Shown piece after piece: positions 36,489-44,574 of a stretch of DNA of 59,659 nucleotides. Position numbers and translations under genes: made by a program. A model generated the notes under the pieces. The model saw nothing but the letters and a program-made list of their open reading frames with translations. It did not search any database and was not told the origin of the DNA. How positions within the stretch are numbered: position 1 is the first letter of the stretch; each line of letters starts with the position of its first letter. The DNA is from a virus (Duplodnaviria > Caudoviricetes), in the IMG/VR virus record IMGVR_UViG_3300027889_000037, positions 1 to 59,659 of that record. One strand, 5' to 3'.

Positions 36489-36667
36489 GTTCCATCGAGC
36501 TTCCCGCCAACGGCAAGTGCCCCATCTGCGGGACCGCCATACCAAAGGCCAGGATCGTAGCGCACGATACCAAGCCCGAGGCGCTGCACTATTACGATTG
36601 CCCGAAATGCAACAGGCCGGTCCTGGTCAAGGTGTGGGATATTGCGATCAAGAAGGATTCCGGTTGA
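36485..36667 (+). CDS. Zn-ribbon protein
   Basis: CPICG...CPKC. Confidence 0.6.
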   Translation: MSSIELPANGKCPICGTAIPKARIVAHDTKPEALHYYDCPKCNRPVLVKVWDIAIKKDSG

Positions 36668-37013
36668 ACACCACCACGCTCGGCGGCGGATCATCGCCCA
36701 AAGCGGCCAACCTGACCTGTTTCCGGCGGCGTTCTGTCCTGCGAGCTATGGTTTCTTTTGCAATCGCAGCCACGCTTTCCCACTGCTTGTGCATGAATTC
36801 TTCGCACTCGCCATGTTCATCCCGGTCGCGTTCGCTTTCCTCGGTGCGATTCCGCCAGTAGTCGCGTTCCATAGCCATTGCATCAAGCGCAACCCGCAGA
36901 GATTCGGCTTCGGCCTTGAATTGTGCGCGATCCGCAAATGCTTGCGCTACTTTGGTTTCGAGGATACCGGCGATCTTGACCGTTTCCTCGGGGGTAACAT
37001 CTTCGATGGTCAT
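36648..37013 (-). CDS. Coiled-coil hypothetical protein
   Basis: AAGGAG RBS. Confidence 0.65.
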   Translation of the reverse strand: MTIEDVTPEETVKIAGILETKVAQAFADRAQFKAEAESLRVALDAMAMERDYWRNRTEESERDRDEHGECEEFMHKQWESVAAIAKETIARRTERRRKQVRLAALGDDPPPSVVVFNRNPS

Positions 37014-37028
37014 TCCCAGCTCCTTTGG

Positions 37029-37487
37029 TTATTGAACGTGTGCCCAGCTTTTGCCGGCGTATATATCTCTGATCGTTGCGTCAGTGACGCCAAATTGCGT
37101 GGCAATCTCGCGCTGAGTTTTTGTTCCCTTCATGTCTCGTATCTCACGCACTTTGTCTGGCGTTAATTTCGGCCGATGTTTGTAATAGCCGAGAGATTTT
37201 GTGCCATGTTGGGCGCGGTCTAGTTGATTGTGTGTTCGCGTTTTCCAAGACAGATGCTTAGGGTGAACGCATCCGAACTTTCCTCGCCCACAGGAATGCG
37301 CTGCCTCATGGTCAGGCGGACAGGGGCCGTTTACCAGTTCGCACATGACCCGGTGCGCCCAGAGTATCTTGCGGTTCTTCCCCACTCGGCCATAATGCTT
37401 CGCTGCTACGATGATGGCTGATCGAACATCCGAACTCGCGAGGTCCACGATGATCTGTTCGGTTTTCTGTTCACTGACTTGCGCCAT
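37029..37487 (-). CDS. HNH endonuclease-like protein with C-terminal HTH
   Basis: AHRVMCE...AAHSCG...CVHPKHLSWKT..NQLD; KLTPDKVREIR...IATQFGV. Confidence 0.8.
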   Translation of the reverse strand: MAQVSEQKTEQIIVDLASSDVRSAIIVAAKHYGRVGKNRKILWAHRVMCELVNGPCPPDHEAAHSCGRGKFGCVHPKHLSWKTRTHNQLDRAQHGTKSLGYYKHRPKLTPDKVREIRDMKGTKTQREIATQFGVTDATIRDIYAGKSWAHVQ

Positions 37488-37510
37488 TTAAGTCTCCTGC
37501 TGTTGTGATG

Positions 37511-37759
37511 TTAATAGTTGAAACAGCGACGCTGATCGAGTTGCGTCTGCCAATCGTCCGATAGCTTATAGACCTCCATGAGTTTGGTCATGTTTGGTCC
37601 ATTGTTTTCGTCCGCGCGCTTGCGGGCATCTTCTCCCGGCATCACGAACACGGGGTAGTCGGACCAATCGAAAGTGTCGCATACGACCAGGACATGAGTC
37701 GCGCCCTTGGCTTGGCCTCGATGAAGCCAATCGGTAATGTCGTCTCTCGTGGTCGTCAT
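37511..37759 (-). CDS. Hypothetical protein
   Basis: GGGAGA RBS. Confidence 0.7.
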   Translation of the reverse strand: MTTTRDDITDWLHRGQAKGATHVLVVCDTFDWSDYPVFVMPGEDARKRADENNGPNMTKLMEVYKLSDDWQTQLDQRRCFNY

Positions 37760-37776
37760 GGTTTTCTCCCGACAGC

Positions 37777-38067
37777 CTACTGATTAGCGCCTATTGCATC
37801 ATTTTCAATCGCTTCGGCGATTGCTCTTGCCGTTCCTGCGGCTAGGTCCGTTGTGCAGTACGCCGCAGCGAAACGCGCGATCTTGGCGCAGCGTTCGCGT
37901 TCAGCAGCCGCAGCATCGAGGCCGATCAGAGTAACGAGCGCGCGGATGTGATCGTCGGCAACCCATATCTCGCCGGGCTTGAGCATGGCACTAAAGCCGG
38001 GATGTTCGGGACACGTTGCAAACCGATAGCCGTTGCCGCGATCTTCGATCTTGAAAAGGTCAACCAC
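37777..38067 (-). CDS. Hypothetical protein
   Basis: GGGAGA RBS before GTG; AAERERCAKIA motif common in phage accessory ORFs. Confidence 0.6.
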   Translation of the reverse strand: MVDLFKIEDRGNGYRFATCPEHPGFSAMLKPGEIWVADDHIRALVTLIGLDAAAAERERCAKIARFAAAYCTTDLAAGTARAIAEAIENDAIGANQ

Positions 38068-38104
38068 GTTTTTCTCCCTGCTTTGGACGGGTATGTCGGC
38101 TACT

Positions 38105-38440
38105 TCACCAAGTGATGTCGGAGGAAAGCAGCTTGCGGCTAGCGTCGCGCCATTCTCTGCCGATCTGGCCCGAATCCATAGCGAGCTGCCGTGCTTCGTC
38201 CCGAGTGACAAACCGTCCGGTTGTCGTCAGGAAACCCTCAGTGTCGTGCAGATTGCTGGTCGTGGGATTTTCATCGCCGAGAGAGGCGCGAATCCTCCAA
38301 TGCTCTTTAAAGCCGCCGCTGTGAGTTTCCTCATTGCGGATGATGGCAGCGCAAGCCAAGCGCTCTTTGTTATGGTGTCTTTGCGTTGCCAGCGCCGCGT
38401 CTCTTGCTCGTCTCAATCCCGCACCCATAATTTTCTCCAT
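38105..38440 (-). CDS. Hypothetical protein
   Basis: EGFLTTTGRFVTRDEA...LLSSDIT phage protein pattern; start uncertain. Confidence 0.65.
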   Translation of the reverse strand: MEKIMGAGLRRARDAALATQRHHNKERLACAAIIRNEETHSGGFKEHWRIRASLGDENPTTSNLHDTEGFLTTTGRFVTRDEARQLAMDSGQIGREWRDASRKLLSSDITW

Positions 38441-38452
38441 GCTGTTCGGCGG

Positions 38453-38710
38453 TTAGTCGTCCAGTTCATCTTGCATGTCGGCGTCGGTCATTTCTCGCCA
38501 TGCCTCGCAGTGTTTGCAGACCATAATTGGCTCGCCTTCGCTGTCGCACTCCGCAAGCCAGTGGTGGTCGTAGCCTTCACAGACGGTGCAGTGGCGAGCG
38601 CAAGGCTGCAACGCCATCGCGGCGCCGGCCATCGTGCGATATTCATCGTCGGGCTTTGCGCCCGCGATTGCAGCATTGATTTTGTCTAGGCCAAATGGGT
38701 CATCGCTCAT
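38453..38710 (-). CDS. Cys-rich hypothetical protein
   Basis: CTVC..HHW...CKHC; ATGA coupling. Confidence 0.6.
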   Translation of the reverse strand: MSDDPFGLDKINAAIAGAKPDDEYRTMAGAAMALQPCARHCTVCEGYDHHWLAECDSEGEPIMVCKHCEAWREMTDADMQDELDD

Positions 38711-38892
38711 GGCGACATACGTCCTGACTGTCGGCTGTTTTCTGATTTGCTTTCGCATAGGGCTACAAGCAAATGAGCAATTGCCCTGAGATACCACTGA
38801 GTAGCTTCGCCTTGATGCCCGGTTTCAGCGTGCGAACGCTCCGCAAGATTGAGAAGGCGCTTACCTTCATCCAGTTCTGTTTTCAGTCCCAT
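38707..38892 (-). CDS. Hypothetical protein
   Basis: Fills operon between coupled ORFs. Confidence 0.55.
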   Translation of the reverse strand: MGLKTELDEGKRLLNLAERSHAETGHQGEATQWYLRAIAHLLVALCESKSENSRQSGRMSP

Positions 38893-38894
38893 TG

Positions 38895-39092
38895 CTATGC
38901 CGCCTTTACTTCGCGGGCACATTCATCGCAGACGACAAGCCCATAAAGGCCATGACCGAGTGCATCCACTTCAAGGGCGATTATTCCGCCGTCCTCAAAT
39001 TCAAACCGCCAGATATTGCAGGCGCTCGAATCCACCCGCTTGATGGTGCGACCTACAAAGTCTTTTTTTCGTGGATGCAGACGGTGGCTCAT
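38895..39092 (-). CDS. Hypothetical protein
   Basis: GGGAG RBS. Confidence 0.6.
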   Translation of the reverse strand: MSHRLHPRKKDFVGRTIKRVDSSACNIWRFEFEDGGIIALEVDALGHGLYGLVVCDECAREVKAA

Positions 39093-39116
39093 TTTTCGCT
39101 CCCGATTAACCCCGTG

Positions 39117-39680
39117 TTACTCTGCTGCCGTCAGTTCAAGATCGGGATCGCCTGGAAAGCTAAGCACGGTGCGTGCGATCTTCCCGGCCTTCTCAATTTC
39201 GATTGCGTGCGTGATGTGCCAGCCGCCGGTGGCGCGCGGATATTGCGCGGTTAGGTACGGCACGATCACCAAAACCCAGTCGTCCAGGGAGCACCACCCG
39301 GTGCCGTTGTTCATGCAGTTGATGTCGAAGATACCGGTGGTCTGGCTCTTACAGACGCCCACCCAATGGGTGTAGCGATAGCGGGCGCGCATCGGCACGC
39401 CGGGCTTCGTCCATGGGCCTTCCCATTGAATTCGGGCTAGGCCGAAACGCGGCCACTCCGCTCCGATCTTGCGCCACGGGCGCCCGATGCTTCGCAGCGC
39501 GGCATTCATCAGGCTCGGATTGGTGTAGTGCTTGCGCTCAAAGTCGCCCATGTGCGGCCGGACCTCATCGAACGTCATGCCCATGACTGCCGCGAGCGCG
39601 CTAGGACCGCAATTCATGCCCCATTCTTCATAGGCGCGGTCGGCGTCGGCGGGAGTGAAGCGCGGAGGATTGACGGTCAT
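39117..39680 (-). CDS. Papain-like (C39-like) peptidase-fold protein
   Basis: NCGPSALAAV...THWVGV...FDIN Cys-His-Asp arrangement. Confidence 0.55.
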   Translation of the reverse strand: MTVNPPRFTPADADRAYEEWGMNCGPSALAAVMGMTFDEVRPHMGDFERKHYTNPSLMNAALRSIGRPWRKIGAEWPRFGLARIQWEGPWTKPGVPMRARYRYTHWVGVCKSQTTGIFDINCMNNGTGWCSLDDWVLVIVPYLTAQYPRATGGWHITHAIEIEKAGKIARTVLSFPGDPDLELTAAE

Positions 39681-39714
39681 AGTTAGCCTCGTGAAGTTGG
39701 CGAGTAACGACGCA

Positions 39715-39903
39715 TCATTCGGCAACAACGGTTTCAAGAGCGCGTAAAGCATATCGCGCGTTTATTTCGCGCGTCGAAGCCTCGTTCACGGCTTTGTTTG
39801 CTGCCTGCAATTCCGCGATCACCTTAGATTGGTATTCGACCATGGCGGCATATGAGCGCTCGGCACATTCTAGTTCCAGTCTGGCGGCTTCAAGTTTTGT
39901 CAT
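39715..39903 (-). CDS. Coiled-coil hypothetical protein
   Basis: TGATG coupling to recombinase gene. Confidence 0.55.
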   Translation of the reverse strand: MTKLEAARLELECAERSYAAMVEYQSKVIAELQAANKAVNEASTREINARYALRALETVVAE

Positions 39904-40901
39904 CACGCCACCTTCTCGCTGCTCTTTTCCATCCGCATCCGCTGCACGGTATGGGTGTTCTCCCGGCTGGCGCGGCTGTAGTCCATTGTCTGCGATACGT
40001 CGCTGTGTGTAGCGGCATCGCGGACATGCGCAGCCTGGGCGCCCATGGCGATGGCTTCGCTGATCGCACCGGCCCGCGCGTCGCGGTTTTGCACATTCAA
40101 CGGCACGCCACACTCGGTCGCGATGATCCGCCATTCTTCGCGGAAGTCATCGGCTTTATATGGGAAGCCGGTGTATTCATCGATAATCACGGGGCCGCTC
40201 GCCGGCAGCAATAATCGATCGGCAGAGCATCCCGGCCACATATGCTCAAGCTCGGCCATGACCAGCGGCGCCAATGTCAGGTCCGGCTCGGATAGTTTCT
40301 TGCGCTTGCTCGTGACGTGATGGACGACAAAATCAGCGCCGATTTCTTCCCAGCGCAGACCCTTGAGCCACTTCATTGGACCTTTTCGCGGGTGCATCGA
40401 GCAAACGTCCGACAGGCCCGGTTCGCCAATCGGCAGCCATTCGCCGAGAACGTCCTTCTGCCGCCAAGTGCATTCAAATTGGAGGGCCTGTGCGAGCCCG
40501 ACCATCGGGAGGCGCGGGCGCGCGGCGTTGCAAATCGCGGTTGCTTGCTCGCGGGTGATGTGGACCGTTCGCGGCTTGCCGTTGGCGAAGCGGCCTTTGC
40601 TCAGTAGCAGCCCGAGGCGCTGGCAGGCTTCGTCATCGAGCGCGAAGAAGCCGAAGTTGGCGAGCGTGCGCAGCATCCCGATCAGCGCATGGCCCATCGA
40701 AACCTTCCGGCCGCCGTCGCTCCATTGCTGATGCCATTCGTAGATCGTCCGGCCCTTGATGGTCGCCACATCTACGTCGCCGTGGGCGCGCTCGATCTGT
40801 GTCATGAGCCGGACGTAGTATTGCCGCGTGCAGTATTCGAGCTTGGCGAAGTTCGATACTGGGTCGGTGCGGTAAGCGGACATGAGTTCATTGAGACGCA
40901 T
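39903..40901 (-). CDS. Tyrosine recombinase/integrase (no N-terminal arm-binding domain)
   Basis: R (CTWRQKD), K (TSKR), NRDARAG, ATHS, MDYSR catalytic-type residues. Confidence 0.8.
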   Translation of the reverse strand: MRLNELMSAYRTDPVSNFAKLEYCTRQYYVRLMTQIERAHGDVDVATIKGRTIYEWHQQWSDGGRKVSMGHALIGMLRTLANFGFFALDDEACQRLGLLLSKGRFANGKPRTVHITREQATAICNAARPRLPMVGLAQALQFECTWRQKDVLGEWLPIGEPGLSDVCSMHPRKGPMKWLKGLRWEEIGADFVVHHVTSKRKKLSEPDLTLAPLVMAELEHMWPGCSADRLLLPASGPVIIDEYTGFPYKADDFREEWRIIATECGVPLNVQNRDARAGAISEAIAMGAQAAHVRDAATHSDVSQTMDYSRASRENTHTVQRMRMEKSSEKVA

Positions 40902-41079
40902 AACCAGCCCTCACAGTAGCTCGATTTTGTATGCGACCGCGACGCAGGCGGGGTAACTCTGCCATTGCCTCAGCCTTGGCAATGATCTTATCCAGTCGCG
41001 CCAGTTCGCGCTTTTCCTCTGGCGTTAGATACGCCCGCCAGTCGCGTGCATTGGTTTTTGCCCTGCGTAAATCGCTCAT
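40888..41079 (-). CDS. Small basic hypothetical protein (probably leaderless)
   Basis: No RBS; TTGACT-N17-CACGTT promoter places +1 near the ATG. Confidence 0.6.
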   Translation of the reverse strand: MSDLRRAKTNARDWRAYLTPEEKRELARLDKIIAKAEAMAELPRLRRGRIQNRATVRAGYASQ

Positions 41080-41154
41080 GTGAGTAACGTGAACCTCGCT
41101 AGAGGATAAGTCAATAGGGGCTTGCAAATTATTTTGAGGGGTGTATATTGCTCT

Positions 41155-41293
41155 GATCGATCTACCCCTGCCGGTGGTCACGGCAATACCCAGGAGGCGG
41201 CCATGAAGTAACCCCATCCCTTTTCAGAATCTTGCAAGGTTTTGGAGTTTTAATCGGGCCGCTCGGAATGACCACCGGGCGGCCCTTGGTTTT
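41155..41293 (+). ncRNA. Putative small RNA carrying Met-Lys-stop minigene (41203-41211)
   Basis: TTGCAA-N16-TATATT promoter, 5-bp hairpin, AGGAGG, ATGAAGTAA, terminator 41256-41293; paralogous to 53398-53537. Confidence 0.65.
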
Positions 41294-41320
41294 GGCCGCT
41301 GCTACGCTCCCGACAGTACC

Positions 41321-41767
41321 TCAGTTAACCGCCAACTCCCACAGCGGCGGAAATAGATCGTCGGGTATGGCGAACATCCCCTGCTGGCCCCTATATGGAA
41401 TTGGCTCGGTCAGCAGATGAAAGTCGCTGCGCTCCCAAGCATAGCGGCCTTCCGAAAAATCTCCGCACTCGCGATCATCGTCATTCGCTGCTGTACACCC
41501 AAACAGTTCATGCACTGTCGGCTTGCAGGCAACGATCTTGACCGCGCCAATGATAGCGCCGCGCGGCAATTCCAGGCCCCAATGATTTCCCCAAATACCA
41601 TCACAGATTTCATCAAGGCGGTCGCCGCTGAAATCATCGATCCGGCGCTTGGCGGCATGAACGGCAAGCCATCCGCGATGCGAAGTGGGCCAGTGGCGCG
41701 TCTCATGGACTTTGGCGTCGGATAGCCAAAGCGACGCCCACGGTTGCCAGAGTGAAATTGCCTTCAT
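41321..41767 (-). CDS. ASCH domain protein
   Basis: MKAISLWQPWASL...K.HETRHW...RG.LAVHAA...PIPYRGQQG. Confidence 0.9.
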   Translation of the reverse strand: MKAISLWQPWASLWLSDAKVHETRHWPTSHRGWLAVHAAKRRIDDFSGDRLDEICDGIWGNHWGLELPRGAIIGAVKIVACKPTVHELFGCTAANDDDRECGDFSEGRYAWERSDFHLLTEPIPYRGQQGMFAIPDDLFPPLWELAVN

Positions 41768-41803
41768 CGTTTTCCCGACATTGCAGAAGTATGTCGGCTT
41801 TCC

Positions 41804-42862
41804 TTAAGCCGCAGCCTCTTTACGTGCGGCGATCATGCCGCGCAGTTCTTGTTTACTCTCTGGGGACATCGAATAGCCGCGACCCCAATGGGTCTCAATT
41901 TGCAACCCATGCGGTTCAATCTTTGCTCTGATTTTGCAAACGAACACGTCCACAATTTTAATCTCTGGCGCATCATCCGCCCGATCCGAATAAAGGGCAG
42001 TCAAGATCGCCTCTTTGGACATGATGTCGCGCGAGAGCAACGCGGACACGACACGTTCCTCGCTTGCAGTCAGCTTTAGTTCCGGCGGCAACAGTTCTTT
42101 GCCGTTCATTGTTTCTTCAAGCATTCTAACACGTTCGCGCAATTCTTCATTTTCTTCCTCTACCAGAGAGCGACGCAAGGCAGGATCATGCTTGAAGCGT
42201 CCGAAACTCTCCCACGATTCGTTGATGGCCTCTGCCATATATTTGATGTGTTCGCCTAGCAGAGCAGAAGCCGAAACGGCTTCTTCATTGCTGTATTTTT
42301 GAACCCACTCGACAAGCTCACCAAGCGCACCATTTATTGGAATAGGCGCTGCATCGGCCAAGTCTGCGCGAAACTCGGCCACCTGATTGAAGATCGGAAC
42401 CAAGAACGACTTTGCGTTTTGAAACGCTGCAAGATGAGAATACTTGACCCGCCACGCGTCCACTTCGCGGAGTGCAGCCAAGATTTCATCGTTCGGCGAG
42501 CGGACAATTTCAATTGACCGCTCGTCCTCGTCCCAACCGGCCGCGTCGCCTTCGTGCTGCTTAACCGCAACACGGTAGGCTCGTGTCGCATATTCCTTGC
42601 CTTCGCTGACAAAGCGCACGCGCACAGCGTTTATCATGTGGTTGGCTTGGCCGACGCGATATTGATGGGCGGCTTTTTTATCGTCCCACTCAAAATAGCC
42701 GCGTAGCGGGCTGTTGGCGGAGTGGGCAGCCTGCACAACAGCTTCCGCCGTCACATCGCCATCTGTCGCAATCTCTTGGAGCACAGGGCCAATGGCCCGC
42801 GCATCGTCGTTGGAGAACGACGATCCAGTTAGGGCAAAGTATTCTTTGATCGATATAGTCAT
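41804..42862 (-). CDS. Two-domain protein: N-terminal phage domain (SPL..YFEWDD..AA..YR) fused to OmpR/CtrA-like winged-helix DNA-binding domain
   Basis: C-terminal PEIKIVDVFVCKIRAKI...IETHWGRGY closely resembles the CtrA C-terminus. Confidence 0.8.
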   Translation of the reverse strand: MTISIKEYFALTGSSFSNDDARAIGPVLQEIATDGDVTAEAVVQAAHSANSPLRGYFEWDDKKAAHQYRVGQANHMINAVRVRFVSEGKEYATRAYRVAVKQHEGDAAGWDEDERSIEIVRSPNDEILAALREVDAWRVKYSHLAAFQNAKSFLVPIFNQVAEFRADLADAAPIPINGALGELVEWVQKYSNEEAVSASALLGEHIKYMAEAINESWESFGRFKHDPALRRSLVEEENEELRERVRMLEETMNGKELLPPELKLTASEERVVSALLSRDIMSKEAILTALYSDRADDAPEIKIVDVFVCKIRAKIEPHGLQIETHWGRGYSMSPESKQELRGMIAARKEAAA

Positions 42863-43307
42863 GTCATTTCGATTGTCGTGTCGGCATTGCTACGCGCGTC
42901 TCTGCAACTCAAATCGGCTCTTTTGGTAAAGGGCCAAACAAAACATTTCTTCTCAGTTGTTCGGTTGTCCATTGTCGTCGCATGTAAGCTTTTCTTATCA
43001 AATGACAAAGGGACAAAACTTTTCATTTCATCGGTCGTGTCGTCTTTGCATCGGTTCTCGCGTGTCATCGGCTCGGCGGTTCTCGCTTCTGCTCTTATGA
43101 TAAATGGACAAACAATTCATTTGCTTTCGGATGTTTTGTCATCGGCTCTTCTCTCAGCAAGTCTCCTGGTAAATGGACAAACATTTCATTTCAGTTGACC
43201 GCTCGTCCTTTCAAAGCACATCAGGGATTTTGGCCTCTTTTCTTATATCTCGTCTGAGGTCTTCTGGTCGGTTCAACGCATAGCAAATCGACTCTGCTCT
43301 TGTGTTT
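42859..43307 (-). ncRNA. Pentamer-periodic non-coding array (6 blocks, 77 pentamers), candidate guide-RNA array
   Basis: On + strand 76/77 pentamers begin [TG][CG] (43 are TC); blocks at 42859, 42948, 43023, 43117, 43186, 43248. Confidence 0.85.
42924..43190. repeat. Four conserved linker repeats TGRYAAAKGGMCAAAC..WCATT separating array blocks
   Basis: Copies at 42924-42947, 43003-43027, 43098-43121, 43167-43190. Confidence 0.85.
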
Positions 43308-43936
43308 TATCCCGCCTTGGCCCGCACTTTCGAATGGACTTCGGTGGAATCCTTCAAAACGAACTGGCCGAACACGCCGTTAAGCTCGGGGCGCCATGCG
43401 CCGAACCCTACCGCGAATCCGGCAATCTGGAAAAGGTTGAGAATCTGCGCCGGGCCGATGATGCCCGCGTTATACACAACCGGGATTTCCATTTCCCACG
43501 GCCAGAACGAGGGCCGATAGGCGATGCTGGTCACGCCACCTTGGAGGCGCACGGTGTCGGTTCGCATGGTCGGCGGCGGGGATTTGATTTCGATCAAGCT
43601 GCCCAGGATATTGATGGCGCCGCGAAGGTGCGTCATCTTTTCGTCGGCGAACCGTCCGCCGGCAACCACGAGGCACTTTTTGATGCCGATGGACGGATAG
43701 CCGAACGTGCCGTCAAGATCAGTCTTGCCCGCCTTGATGACGTGCAGCTTTTCAACAAACTCAGCGTGCGGGTCGCGGGCTTCCTTGACGCCCTTGGCTT
43801 TCTTTTGCTGCTTGTTCTCAATCGACGTGATGGCATTCTCGCCAAATCGATTAGTCAAAAGCGGGCTGGTGCCGACCACCTTGACGGTAATTCGGTCCAA
43901 TTTGATCTCTGGAATTTCAATCGTCCGTTCGGCCAT
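43307..43936 (-). CDS. Stand-alone RAMP/Cas7 (Csm3-like) RNA-binding protein
   Basis: ITVKVVGTSPLL first strand, YPSIGIKKCL (cf. IPGSSLKG), C-terminal G-rich loop GFAVGFGAWRPELNGVFGQF; AGGAGG RBS. Confidence 0.75.
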   Translation of the reverse strand: MAERTIEIPEIKLDRITVKVVGTSPLLTNRFGENAITSIENKQQKKAKGVKEARDPHAEFVEKLHVIKAGKTDLDGTFGYPSIGIKKCLVVAGGRFADEKMTHLRGAINILGSLIEIKSPPPTMRTDTVRLQGGVTSIAYRPSFWPWEMEIPVVYNAGIIGPAQILNLFQIAGFAVGFGAWRPELNGVFGQFVLKDSTEVHSKVRAKAG

Positions 43937-43977
43937 TCTACCCTCCTGTTTTTAGGCACTAATCTGTCATTATTCGG

Positions 43978-44547
43978 CTACGTTTGCGGATGGACACGGA
44001 TGCCAACGCCAAATGATCCCGGCTCTATTCTGATGACCTTCATTGGTGCCATCGGATCAAACCGGCCATCGGCGTATAGCGTGCCGCAAGAGACAAACCG
44101 AACATCCGGGCGTGGCTTCCCGACTGGCTCATAGTTTGGATTGTCCTCCAGCCATGCTACTTGGACTGGCGTCATGTCGCCGCGACTAAACTCCTGTCTC
44201 ATAATTCTGGCAGTTGTGACGGCGCTCTCTACGACGTGATCTACTCTGTCGCGCATAGCATGTAGCAACGACCAGAGCGTTTTGGACGACACATTGAGTT
44301 CGGGGACAAGCGCACACTCGGCTCGCCATCGCCCGCGCTCGTGGTAGATCGCAATGACCGAATTGGGATGCCGATAAACCGGAACCCCACCTCGGTCGCC
44401 TCGCGCACATACAATCCAGCACGCATTGTCAGTGCCAGCATCAACCTCGCGCAAATAGGCAAGGGGCTCGGGATATTCCTGCCTTAGCATTTCATCGCGT
44501 TCCTCAACCGTCGGAACGTCATAAATGGCGGGGTCTTTCACTTCCAA
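43978..44547 (-). CDS. Hypothetical protein (central HicB-like segment)
   Basis: GGGAGA + TTG; YHERGRWRAECALVPELNVSSKT resembles HicB fold. Confidence 0.55.
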   Translation of the reverse strand: MEVKDPAIYDVPTVEERDEMLRQEYPEPLAYLREVDAGTDNACWIVCARGDRGGVPVYRHPNSVIAIYHERGRWRAECALVPELNVSSKTLWSLLHAMRDRVDHVVESAVTTARIMRQEFSRGDMTPVQVAWLEDNPNYEPVGKPRPDVRFVSCGTLYADGRFDPMAPMKVIRIEPGSFGVGIRVHPQT

Positions 44548-44574
44548 TCTCCCTGCTGTTTCCGTATCAGTCGC

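Noticed and set aside
42924-43190. Classical CRISPR array interpretation of the four linker repeats
   Set aside because: The repeats are degenerate and non-palindromic, the intervening segments vary in length and are internally periodic, and there are no cas1/cas2 genes
42859-43198. ORFs 42878-43198 (+) and 42859-43068 (-) over the array
   Set aside because: No RBS and low-complexity translations. The 5-nt periodicity and phase-breaking linkers explain the sequence better than coding.
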